Shown here in pieces: positions 9,877-18,965 of a DNA stretch of 64,000 nt; within the stretch, counting starts at the first letter, position 1, and every line of letters begins with the position of its first letter. This DNA comes from a virus. Taxonomy: Duplodnaviria; Caudoviricetes. The translations under genes and the position numbers were made by a program. The notes under the pieces are model-generated. The model made no database searches and was not told the origin of the DNA. It saw nothing but the letters and a program-made list of their open reading frames with translations. The stretch spans positions 1 through 64,000 of the IMG/VR virus record IMGVR_UViG_3300029288_000149; one strand, 5' to 3'.

Positions 9877-12406
9877 TCTCCTTAATCCAATCTTCTAATT
9901 TAATCTTGTTACCATAATGAGATCCTATCTCCGCATCAGCTTTGAGAGGACAAATCAACCAACTGAAATCTATTTTCGGCATATAGATACCTGCCCAATA
10001 GATTACATTCTCCATAATTTCCTTGAACAATTCAGCAACTTCAACAACAACTTCCTTCTTACAGTCAATAACAACTGAGTCATAAACCGTGTTAATCAAG
10101 AATATCTTTGTCATATCCATCCCACGCTTTACCATTTCCTTACGTGCTATTATGGCTGAGATGAACAATATGTCAGATGCTGCTGATTGTATCGGCATAT
10201 TAACAGACGACCGTTCGTCGGCAGCCTTTGCTGGAGAATCATCAGCACCTCTTATGTAAGTGTAATATCTTCTTCTACCAAACGGACTTTCGGAATAGCC
10301 TGTCTTACGTGCAGATTTTATGGTATTCTGGATATACTCTGCAATTTGTGGAAATTCGTTGAAGTAATCTTCAAACAACTGCTCAGCTTTCTTCATAGGA
10401 ATTCTGTACCTTGTGTGTAGAGTATTAGCTGTGCCGTCGAAGATGATTGTCCAATTGACACGCTTGTAATAATATCGTGTCTCTTTGTCAATTTTATCAT
10501 AATCTATGCCAGTAACCATAGAAGACACAGCTGTGTGAATATCTCTACCACTCCTAAAAGCGTCTAACATAGGCTCACATTCAGCTACAGAAGAGATTAC
10601 CCTCAACTCCATTGCAGACTCGTCAAGAGACAACAACACACCATCTTTACCAAACCTTGAAGTAAATATGTTCTTTATTGGTAAATACTCAAGAAGAGTT
10701 CCAGGCATTTTCTCTTCAGTTGGTATGTTAAGTATATTAGGATGTTCTGAGGCTATACGTCCTGTCTCCGTACCGTTTGCCTTGTAGTTTGTGTGCACCA
10801 TACCATCGTCAGATAACCATTTAGCCGTCAAGGCAGCATCCAAATACTTTGACAAAGCATTCCTCAAGACTCTGTAATACAATAAAGGTTTCAACACAGG
10901 CATTCTGTCTATGTAAGTCTCAAGAACGGCTGCCTTTGTTGAAGGCATACATTTCGCTTTATCAACATTCTTTGTACGTACTGTAATCGGCATCTTACCA
11001 TAAACATATACAAATTCAACCATCTGTAAAGAAGAACGTGGATTGAATTTCCACTTCTTATTCTTAGGATCGAGATGCTTATCCTTTGTCATACGTTTCA
11101 CTAATTTATCTTGTAATAACTTCTCATAAAGCTCTTCTGCTACAATTCCGTAAATCTTCTTGTATCTCTCAGCAATATACTTATCAATCGTCATACCATT
11201 GTATTCAATCTCTGTAAGGAAATTGGAAATTTCCATTACAAGTTCGTCATATAAAATTTTTTGTTTATGAGTAAGTTTCTCATACAAAATATCACGTAAT
11301 AATAACACAGCACCAGAGTCTTTTGCTGAGTAAGGCAATAAGATTTTCAAAGGCATCTTCGCGTACGTACCTTTACGTTTAGCATCAGCTTCTGGATGTT
11401 CACGAGCATATTCATCCATCTCACTCTCATGATCATACCAGCCTAAGTAAGTAGCAGACAATCGTTTCAAACCGTGCTTACCTGGTGCTGGATCAATAAG
11501 AGAACTGAGTAACATTGTGTCATCACAAGCTCTGTACATTTTACCAAATTGTGCTCTTGTGTGAAGTAAGTCAAATTTTATGTTCTGTCCCTCTAACTTA
11601 CCGTCATGTTCGTCCAATATCTCACATATTATCTTTTCAACTCTTACTAAATCCGAGCCTTTCCAGTATGATTCCGGATGTCTAGTCGGAAGACTGAACA
11701 TCTTATTACCAGCTGCGAATGACACAGCTAACATAAAATTGCTCTTGGAATATGGATCTAATGAGGATGTCTCAACATCGTACGCTATCTTCTCATATTT
11801 TGATAAATACTCTTGCATGTCCTGTACTTGTGCTATCGTATTCGGTAATACAATCTGTAATGACGAACCAACTTCTTCCTCAAACACACCTTCAAGAGCA
11901 TCACAAGCCTTCAGTAAACTTTCCAACCATTCGTCAGTAGCTGTCTTATTACGTAATATGTAAGCTGGGTGGTAAACAGGTACATAAATCCTGCCATTCT
12001 TCTCTATGATGTTACCACTCCAATCCTTTATGCCATTCTCACCTAAGATACCTTGCAAGGCACTATTCCCGGTAACAATAACCATTTCCGGATTGTAAGT
12101 TTCTATGTCTTCGAGTGCAAATTGACTGCAATAATTTATGGCAGTCTGAGTTATTTTGTTATTAGGAGGTCTACACCGAACGACGTTGGTAAATCTCATG
12201 TCGTCTAGGTTGAACCCAACTTCTGACAAGACATTCCTGAATAATTCACCTGCAGTACCTACGAAAGGTTCGTTTCTTTTGTCTTCAGTTTCTCCTGGTG
12301 CTTCACCGATTACCAACACACGTGGAGAAACTGAACCTGAAGAGTCCATAAAGGGATTCTTGCAAGTTTCGTGTAATTTACACTTAAGACAGATTTCACC
12401 TTTCAT
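9854..12406 (-). CDS. polA: Family A DNA polymerase with N-terminal family-4 uracil-DNA-glycosylase-like domain and 3'-5' exonuclease
   Basis: UDG4 motifs CxxCxL, GEAPG, PFVG.AG, NVVRCRPP and YHPAY; ExoI YDVET, ExoII NIKFD, ExoIII YSAKD; TETGRIAS; motif A DESAMELR; motif C VYDS. Confidence 0.93.
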   Translation of the reverse strand: MKGEICLKCKLHETCKNPFMDSSGSVSPRVLVIGEAPGETEDKRNEPFVGTAGELFRNVLSEVGFNLDDMRFTNVVRCRPPNNKITQTAINYCSQFALEDIETYNPEMVIVTGNSALQGILGENGIKDWSGNIIEKNGRIYVPVYHPAYILRNKTATDEWLESLLKACDALEGVFEEEVGSSLQIVLPNTIAQVQDMQEYLSKYEKIAYDVETSSLDPYSKSNFMLAVSFAAGNKMFSLPTRHPESYWKGSDLVRVEKIICEILDEHDGKLEGQNIKFDLLHTRAQFGKMYRACDDTMLLSSLIDPAPGKHGLKRLSATYLGWYDHESEMDEYAREHPEADAKRKGTYAKMPLKILLPYSAKDSGAVLLLRDILYEKLTHKQKILYDELVMEISNFLTEIEYNGMTIDKYIAERYKKIYGIVAEELYEKLLQDKLVKRMTKDKHLDPKNKKWKFNPRSSLQMVEFVYVYGKMPITVRTKNVDKAKCMPSTKAAVLETYIDRMPVLKPLLYYRVLRNALSKYLDAALTAKWLSDDGMVHTNYKANGTETGRIASEHPNILNIPTEEKMPGTLLEYLPIKNIFTSRFGKDGVLLSLDESAMELRVISSVAECEPMLDAFRSGRDIHTAVSSMVTGIDYDKIDKETRYYYKRVNWTIIFDGTANTLHTRYRIPMKKAEQLFEDYFNEFPQIAEYIQNTIKSARKTGYSESPFGRRRYYTYIRGADDSPAKAADERSSVNMPIQSAASDILFISAIIARKEMVKRGMDMTKIFLINTVYDSVVIDCKKEVVVEVAELFKEIMENVIYWAGIYMPKIDFSWLICPLKADAEIGSHYGNKIKLEDWIKENAHGVAG

Positions 12407-12828
12407 TAGAGTTTATCTGTAATATCAGGTTGTGGATCATGTCCCTCATTGACATCAGGAAGACTTTGGATAATCAATTCTTCAGGGACAAGATTCGAAT
12501 CTCCCAAGTCAGGATTATTCCTCAACTTCAACAGAGCAAGAAGACCATATCCAACAATATCCTGTAAAGTGTCTACGATGTTCTCGCTTGCTACCATAGC
12601 CTGTGCACCACCAGACAAGGTTTTGACACGCAGAATTTTATCATTTATTCTGATCAGAGGTGTGAAGATGCCGTATCTCTGCCAAGCATCACCATAATCA
12701 GCATTCTTTGCTAACAACACCTTGACAATTTCTCGAGTGTCAATGTGTGATCTCTTTGTGAATGCTTCAACAGCCTCTTCTGAGACCTGATCCAGACTAA
12801 CCTTTGTTACGTTCACCATATTGTCCAT
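12406..12828 (-). CDS. DUF1599 / nucleotide-modification-associated domain 1 (MazG-like fold) protein
   Basis: KNADYGDAW...RINDKILR...DTLQDIVGY pattern. ATG 12828 follows a GGAGG RBS; the ORF track extends to 12870. Confidence 0.75.
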   Translation of the reverse strand: MDNMVNVTKVSLDQVSEEAVEAFTKRSHIDTREIVKVLLAKNADYGDAWQRYGIFTPLIRINDKILRVKTLSGGAQAMVASENIVDTLQDIVGYGLLALLKLRNNPDLGDSNLVPEELIIQSLPDVNEGHDPQPDITDKL

Positions 12829-12866
12829 CTTTACCTCCGATGATAATTTCTGCTTAATACAACTTG

Positions 12867-13112
12867 TCAACGGTCATGTTCAATTGCCGGAAATAACATT
12901 ATTGTATGTCTTTGATGACCAGTAGACTTTGCTTTACACACGATTCCCGGTATATCAATGACACCATCTTCTATTCTGTATTCAATTCGTGTTGGCATAT
13001 AGCCATACTTTCTTTTGAAGTACTCAACACCTTCCTCAGCAAATTTTTGGAAAGTTTGCTTTGGATGTGGAGATCCCCACATCAAACCTATATTATCACT
13101 TGCTGGGTACAT
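12867..13112 (-). CDS. Hypothetical protein
   Basis: 81-aa ORF coupled to both neighbours in the modification cluster. Confidence 0.6.
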   Translation of the reverse strand: MYPASDNIGLMWGSPHPKQTFQKFAEEGVEYFKRKYGYMPTRIEYRIEDGVIDIPGIVCKAKSTGHQRHTIMLFPAIEHDR

Positions 13113-13986
13113 ATCTCATTCTAGGCTTGCCTTCCCCCAACCTTGTGCGCTCATACTTGTCAAATTCACACAAGGTGTGTTCGATGTCACGCAATTCTAA
13201 TTGTGGAAATTGGTCAGGCAAATAGTCCTTACTCATAAGTAATAAATTCTTCATACAATCTAGGCTATAATCGTCAGACACAATCCTGTCTAATAATCTC
13301 CCATAGAAGATGCGCATAATTCCACGTTTAGCACCATTACCTGGATTTGCCCAAGTATAAATATCACTAGCGTTCTTAAGATAACGTGTGTGCCTAAGGT
13401 CTGTAACAATCTCATAAGCAAGGAATCTACCAATAGCAGGTATTTTACCAATTACCAATCGTTCAAATGCTGTTTGCAAATTATCATAACTTTTAGGTTC
13501 TAATTCCCTGCGATTGTCCCACAAGAACCTCCAAGTCTTGTCAGTATACATTTCTATCTTGTCTGAACCACCAACTCCTGATAACATGTGAGCACCAGTA
13601 AAGATAGGTTTACCAAGCATTTTTCTGTGATTCAAAGTCAGCTTAACACGTTCGGAGACGTATTCTGTTATAAATCGCAAACCAGTATAACTTTGTTCTA
13701 CCTCGTAAATATCTTCCCAAGATTCCAAACGATTTATTGATCTGTAAGCAGCTATATTGAAGAATAATTCAGGATGATTTGCAAACGGTTCAATAATATG
13801 TTCTCTACACCAAACAGTCCCTGTGTCTAATTCCCTGAAGACATTACAGAATTTGTATCTCCGTAGAATAGGATCATCTGTCCAAGGGAATGGTAATCCA
13901 GCTACCTTACTGAGATAAATAGTATGACGCTCCAACATAAATTTGAAGAATCTTGACACAGAGGATGGTGTATCTTGACTAAGCAT
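13096..13986 (-). CDS. aGPT-Pplase1 family (5-hmdU DNA kinase-associated helical domain) protein
   Basis: PWTDDPILRRYKFCNVFRELD, GRFLAYEIVTDL, NPGNGAKRG and DIEHTLCEFDKYER...GEGKP. ATG 13986 follows a GAGGTG RBS. Confidence 0.85.
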   Translation of the reverse strand: MLSQDTPSSVSRFFKFMLERHTIYLSKVAGLPFPWTDDPILRRYKFCNVFRELDTGTVWCREHIIEPFANHPELFFNIAAYRSINRLESWEDIYEVEQSYTGLRFITEYVSERVKLTLNHRKMLGKPIFTGAHMLSGVGGSDKIEMYTDKTWRFLWDNRRELEPKSYDNLQTAFERLVIGKIPAIGRFLAYEIVTDLRHTRYLKNASDIYTWANPGNGAKRGIMRIFYGRLLDRIVSDDYSLDCMKNLLLMSKDYLPDQFPQLELRDIEHTLCEFDKYERTRLGEGKPRMRYVPSK

Positions 13987-15166
13987 ACAACACCTCACTC
14001 ATCAAAGACTGCCACGTAGGTAATAAACTACGTTGGTATTTAACAACTTCATTGAATTTATCTTGAGATGCTGTGTATGTGTCCAATAATCTGCAAACAT
14101 CTTCAACTTTGTGAACAATAAACTCACTACCAACCATACGGTCTGCACCAGCAATCATATTATCACACATCGCAAGGCAGCCTGATTGAATAACCTGTGG
14201 AACTCTTGTTACCTCAGTACCATTAATAGCTAAATCCTTGCTTACACATATCACACAGGCTAGTCCTTTCTCGTAATGAGACTGAACATTGCCGTGATGC
14301 TTGTCTGCTCCAGGTATCGTTATATTGTCTTTATATCTCCACCTCAGAGTATCCCATTCTTTACCAACTACAAGCGAGGTATACTCGTCTGTGTCATAGA
14401 ATCTCTGAACACGTTCACCTCTGAATGCTGTACCAACCTTACCGACGAATACAAGATCGAATAGAGCATCCTTTATACTTCTAGGTTCAAACCTCTTGTC
14501 ATAACGAGGAGAATATCCAAGACGTGTATTGACAGTACGATAGAATTTCAAATCAGATAATTTGTAATTCGATGAATTCTTTATGACATGTTGTGAACTC
14601 GCTGCGAATGTCCAAAGAATCCACTTATGATCCCTGTAATCGAATCCTTTGAAAATGTTATGCATATTGTTAGGACTGACAGACTTAAGATAGTCTTCAC
14701 CATACTTGTTAGGATCAGACTGCATTCTACCTAATGGTAATTCTAGGCTATTTGGACCGTGCTGTATGATTACAATCGGAATACCCTTAGACTTCTCGAG
14801 AATATTCGCAAATTGTTTGAAGTGTGGAGTAAGTCCTCCCCAAAATTCAGTAACAATTCCACTATTGTACGAGTACATAGCATTTGCAGCAGCTGGTTCT
14901 ACGAATATGTAATCAAACTTATCCATGTCAGGATTGAGATCATACTTCAACATAGTCATCCATTTGTTGTCAAAATTTCCAAGACTTTCACCACGCAAAG
15001 CGTGTCTGTGTTTGTCAGGAACGTAAGAAGTTATAGTAACCTGATGACCTTCTTCTATCAATCCTTCCAACACACCAAGTCTGATATCTGTACCTAACAT
15101 ATTTACGGATGCAATCTCGTAATCCAATTCGGTAGGTTGATTGGAACGCATATACGCAATTTTCAC
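13979..15166 (-). CDS. GT-B glycosyltransferase resembling T4 DNA beta-glucosyltransferase
   Basis: C-terminal half DLVFVG...FRGERV...VVGKEW...YEKGLACVIC...TRVPQVIQSGCLAMCD parallels the BGT nucleotide-sugar-binding domain. Confidence 0.6.
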   Translation of the reverse strand: MKIAYMRSNQPTELDYEIASVNMLGTDIRLGVLEGLIEEGHQVTITSYVPDKHRHALRGESLGNFDNKWMTMLKYDLNPDMDKFDYIFVEPAAANAMYSYNSGIVTEFWGGLTPHFKQFANILEKSKGIPIVIIQHGPNSLELPLGRMQSDPNKYGEDYLKSVSPNNMHNIFKGFDYRDHKWILWTFAASSQHVIKNSSNYKLSDLKFYRTVNTRLGYSPRYDKRFEPRSIKDALFDLVFVGKVGTAFRGERVQRFYDTDEYTSLVVGKEWDTLRWRYKDNITIPGADKHHGNVQSHYEKGLACVICVSKDLAINGTEVTRVPQVIQSGCLAMCDNMIAGADRMVGSEFIVHKVEDVCRLLDTYTASQDKFNEVVKYQRSLLPTWQSLMSEVLYA

Positions 15167-15167
15167 A

Positions 15168-15920
15168 TTAACCTCGTATCTTTGCTCTAGCAGTCCGTTT
15201 CATGTACTCAGGCTTGTACTTCTCAATATTCTCAGCCTTACGCACAGCCTCAGCCATATTCATAACATCCAACCGTTCGTTGGTCTCACTACGTCTCCAG
15301 ACTACACCAAGTTTATCAGCATATGCTTTCTTCTCAGTGTATGTCATCTTACCCCACTTCTCAACCCACTCTGTAAATTCTGGATTAAGGACTTCGATCC
15401 AATATTGTTTACCAGTAATGCCTTTCTTCAAATATCGAAATCCTGTCTTTGAGACAATAATATCATTCGGTATGATAGACACCTGATAAGAATTCAGTCC
15501 ATCACACTTAATCATAATGGCTTCACCAGAACGCATTGCCTTCATGATGTCTTCTACAGGATTTGTCCCAGTCTTCTTACCTTTGAACTTCTTCTCAACC
15601 TTCACAGGTTCAGTCTCTGTAAAAGACTCTTCTTCTGAAGGTTCTTCTTCAGAAGAAATTACTTTTACCTTTGAAGGTTTGCTGAACCTGACTGTATTGT
15701 GTGGTATTCTACGTGTAGTAGGTTCTTCAAGTTTAGCTACTTCTTCAATAGGCGTATCATCATACTCTTCAACACCCTCGGCTTCAAGAGCTTCTTCCAA
15801 CTGTGCCTGAGCCTGTTCACCACCAAATACAGCAGACGGTGGTGGTAATAATTCAGCTGGTAACGTACCTCTTGTGATCAATCTTCTACGTACGTTAGGA
15901 TTCTTTATTATTGGTGTCAT
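15168..15920 (-). CDS. Hypothetical protein (acidic N-terminus, basic C-terminus)
   Basis: 250-aa ORF with phage-typical codon usage, coupled to its neighbours. Confidence 0.7.
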   Translation of the reverse strand: MTPIIKNPNVRRRLITRGTLPAELLPPPSAVFGGEQAQAQLEEALEAEGVEEYDDTPIEEVAKLEEPTTRRIPHNTVRFSKPSKVKVISSEEEPSEEESFTETEPVKVEKKFKGKKTGTNPVEDIMKAMRSGEAIMIKCDGLNSYQVSIIPNDIIVSKTGFRYLKKGITGKQYWIEVLNPEFTEWVEKWGKMTYTEKKAYADKLGVVWRRSETNERLDVMNMAEAVRKAENIEKYKPEYMKRTARAKIRG

Positions 15921-16405
15921 TTACTTAACTCCTCACATTTCACACACTCAAGACATATCGCACATTCTGGTGCTGTGCTTGAGTATTCTTTACCATAACA
16001 GGGAGGCTTAATTTGTTCGTGCTTTACCAAACAAGATTCAACAACCTTACACCTGTTACAGGCTGGATCTTTCAAGTCTGCAAAACCATAACAGTCGGGA
16101 TAATCTATCTCGCTGTCGCTTGCAACTTCCTTTGCGGTTTCCTCGACAGCTTCTGTGTCGATCAATTCTCCAGTAGCATCTGTTATCTTTGCTGTCATAA
16201 GAAACTTTCTCAATAATTTTGAGCAGTCTCCCCACTCAGGCACACCATTGTCATCGAAGTCTTTGACAATCAAGTCGACAACTTGTGAGTACCGTGTTGC
16301 CATCTCAACTTCTTCCATATTAAGTTCGATAACAATATCCAGCAAATCCTTCTTGGTAAGTGCTTCTTGTATTGCATCCTTCTCAGTATCATCCAAAATT
16401 GTCAT
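15917..16405 (-). CDS. Hypothetical protein with Cys-rich (probably Zn-binding) C-terminal repeats
   Basis: CYG...CNRC..VESC and CYG...CAIC..C repeats. Confidence 0.7.
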   Translation of the reverse strand: MTILDDTEKDAIQEALTKKDLLDIVIELNMEEVEMATRYSQVVDLIVKDFDDNGVPEWGDCSKLLRKFLMTAKITDATGELIDTEAVEETAKEVASDSEIDYPDCYGFADLKDPACNRCKVVESCLVKHEQIKPPCYGKEYSSTAPECAICLECVKCEELSK

Positions 16406-16991
16406 CGCTCATCACCTCAGCATATATGGTCTTAATTTCTCGTATTCCAGCTGCTGCATCTTGCAGTGTAATACCGACAATACTTGCAATATCCTCGATA
16501 CGCATACGATTATAAACCGTAACCTCTTTATTCGAGGATTGAAAATCCTTTTCAATTATTATTTTCTTGAATATGAGTTTCGCTGCTTCTGACTCTAATG
16601 ACTCAAATACTTTGACAACTCTTTGTGAACTGTCAAACAACTTCTCAGGATTACCCTCATCAGTAGCTACGTCGAGTGCAATCTTAACTTCCAACGAAAC
16701 TGAAGTCTTCTCGTGTCTGCGATAAGTTACATAATACCTATATCGCAACTCACTTATCCTGTTGTAACACATACGTTTTATTATGTTGATCATATCCTTT
16801 AGTGGATAATTATTACCAGCATAATACCCCAAACCTTTAAGAATCTCCTCATGTAATTCTGCAATAATATCATCAGTTGACATCATCACATTATCATCAT
16901 TTCTGTACAAATTCGCTAAATACACAACTAAACCTTCCAAACCTTTCATAACGTCTGTTACATATTGCTGGTCGATGCTTGTCAATTTCAT
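16389..16991 (-). CDS. Second sigma-factor-like / HTH transcription regulator
   Basis: ATG 16991 follows GGAGG. Region-2-like DDIIAELHEEILK...KRMCYNRISELRY and a C-terminal HTH (IEDIASIVGIT...AAGIREIK). Confidence 0.55.
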   Translation of the reverse strand: MKLTSIDQQYVTDVMKGLEGLVVYLANLYRNDDNVMMSTDDIIAELHEEILKGLGYYAGNNYPLKDMINIIKRMCYNRISELRYRYYVTYRRHEKTSVSLEVKIALDVATDEGNPEKLFDSSQRVVKVFESLESEAAKLIFKKIIIEKDFQSSNKEVTVYNRMRIEDIASIVGITLQDAAAGIREIKTIYAEVMSDDNFG

Positions 16992-17019
16992 CTGATCCTC
17001 CAGTTTATAATACAACTTG

Positions 17020-18612
17020 TCATGCTACTAAAATCAATTGGTCTAGGCTGCGTGTGTAAGCCACATACTTTATATTATTCTCCTGTGCCTTCTCCCAATC
17101 ATGCTTCGCATTAGGATGAGGCATCAAACCAGGTTCTAGAATGAAAACCTTCTCAGCTTCAAGTCCCTTTGCCTTATGTACAGAAGAGAATACTACACCT
17201 GCATTGTTGTCAGAGAAGATGGTTTCAATCTTGTCCTCCAATTCAGATATTGTACCAGTCCCATCCATAAGAGCATGAATGGTATCAACTTTGTCCTGTA
17301 AACTTTGAGCAGCTATATTCTTATCTCTGTCCACCAGTTTACCAACTTCTTTACGGCAATATTCTACTAATTTTATGTTGAGTTCGGAGATGGAATCTGC
17401 CTTAAGTTTACGTATTATGGTCATAAGATTGTTACCAATATCACGACCACGTATAATAGCCTTGATACCTCTCTTTATGAGTTCAAATGCTGGAGGTACA
17501 AGAGGTGCATTACATCTACACAAGACCATGTTACCTGCTACTACTTCCTTCAAGAAATCACTTTTAGCAATATGTCTGATTTCACCGTCTTTAGCAGTGT
17601 CTGCGCATTCGAGTGGTATGTCAGGAAACATTTCGTTGATCAACCTAACTTGTGATCTTGGACAACGATATGTTATTGAAAGTGGTAAAGTTTCAGCCTC
17701 CAAATTCTCAATTAGATTGGGAATTGCATTGACATCAGCTCCACGAAAACCATAGATAGATTGGTAACGGTCACCTACGGCTACTATCCTGCCATTAGGT
17801 TTCACACTCATAAGAGCTAAAGCAATCTGGTTCTTGTTAGTGTCTTGTGCCTCATCGATAAAAATAAAATCATACTTACGTGTCGGTAAGTTGTGGAATA
17901 CAGGAAGCCAGCACATATCATCGAAATCAATCACATTGGTCTTCAAGGCTGCTAACTTTATCACCTCAGCAACAGCTAAGAAGATTAGTTCACGGTCACC
18001 ATTCAGTTCTATGTTATAATGTGTTGACAAGTCATCAAGCTCCTCTGGTGAAGTTCCGGTTAAATTACCCTTTACCAAAGAGACAAGATGTTTGATGCTA
18101 GCAAACAGATGCTTATGTGTGTACCTATCAAGTATGTCATCCAACAAATTATCCACCTTGTACTCGTCAAGTTTTACGTCTCCATAAGCATTGTGTACTG
18201 CTGAGTTACCCAGACCGTGATAAGTCATAACCCTTACGTTTGACGGTACTCTGGTTTTCAATTCCTCAGCTATGTGTCTATTGAAGGCAACATAAACGAT
18301 ATCCAGATTACGTGGGACATATTTCAGCATCTGCACACCAGTAGTTGTTTTACCACTTCCTGCTAGTGCCTCTACGACAAGAGACTTACCGTTACCTTTT
18401 ACCCAATCAAATATAGCTTGCTGGTAAAGTGACGGTTTGAATTCCTTCTCAACTTCTACTTTCCTGTCGGAAATTATTTGTGAGGCTTGTCCCATTGGCA
18501 TAGTTGCCTTACAATCAGGAAATCTTGAACAACCTAAGAATTTACCTCTGTCTGACTTTCTTACTCTGATAACCATTAGGCTTCCACATTGCGGACAATT
18601 AATGGCTGTCAT
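17020..18612 (-). CDS. UvrD/Rep-like SF1 helicase with N-terminal topoisomerase-type C4 zinc ribbon
   Basis: CPQCG...FLGCSRFPDC; ALAGSGKTT, IDEAQD, VGDRYQSIYGFRGA, TYRCP, SSVHKAKGLE and YVAYTR. Confidence 0.92.
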   Translation of the reverse strand: MTAINCPQCGSLMVIRVRKSDRGKFLGCSRFPDCKATMPMGQASQIISDRKVEVEKEFKPSLYQQAIFDWVKGNGKSLVVEALAGSGKTTTGVQMLKYVPRNLDIVYVAFNRHIAEELKTRVPSNVRVMTYHGLGNSAVHNAYGDVKLDEYKVDNLLDDILDRYTHKHLFASIKHLVSLVKGNLTGTSPEELDDLSTHYNIELNGDRELIFLAVAEVIKLAALKTNVIDFDDMCWLPVFHNLPTRKYDFIFIDEAQDTNKNQIALALMSVKPNGRIVAVGDRYQSIYGFRGADVNAIPNLIENLEAETLPLSITYRCPRSQVRLINEMFPDIPLECADTAKDGEIRHIAKSDFLKEVVAGNMVLCRCNAPLVPPAFELIKRGIKAIIRGRDIGNNLMTIIRKLKADSISELNIKLVEYCRKEVGKLVDRDKNIAAQSLQDKVDTIHALMDGTGTISELEDKIETIFSDNNAGVVFSSVHKAKGLEAEKVFILEPGLMPHPNAKHDWEKAQENNIKYVAYTRSLDQLILVA

Positions 18613-18839
18613 TTTGACCCCAAATTTCTGTTTATTCTCTCCAACATGTATTCACACTTACCAAGACTAGACTGTATGTTGACAATTCTTCTATGGTCAG
18701 ACTCGTTGAAGTAAAATACAGACTTTGTTTGGAGTTCATGAAGCTCTGAATTCAATTTCTCCATGGTGTGAAGAACCATTTCTTTTCTTTGTTCCCAAAT
18801 TGTTGTGTTGTTCTTTTGTGTCTTAATTACGTTTGTCAT
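18609..18839 (-). CDS. Hypothetical coiled-coil protein (probable early gene)
   Basis: ATG 18839 follows CAGGAGGATCAA, downstream of a strong promoter. Confidence 0.65.
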   Translation of the reverse strand: MTNVIKTQKNNTTIWEQRKEMVLHTMEKLNSELHELQTKSVFYFNESDHRRIVNIQSSLGKCEYMLERINRNLGSK

Positions 18840-18864
18840 TTGATCCTCCTGTTGAATATAACTT

Positions 18865-18927
18865 GTCATAACATTATTATACACCCATTTTCTGTAAAAG
18901 TAAATGGTTTGTCACGGTTTTATCGTC
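18865..18927 (-). promoter_or_regulatory. Sigma70-type promoter (TTTACT-N17-TATAAT) with upstream palindromic site
   Basis: -35 at 18899-18904 and -10 at 18876-18881; near-identical to the cassette at 58009-58100. Confidence 0.75.
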
Positions 18928-18965
18928 CTAAATCCACGTGTTAATCGTGCCATAACTAATATACG

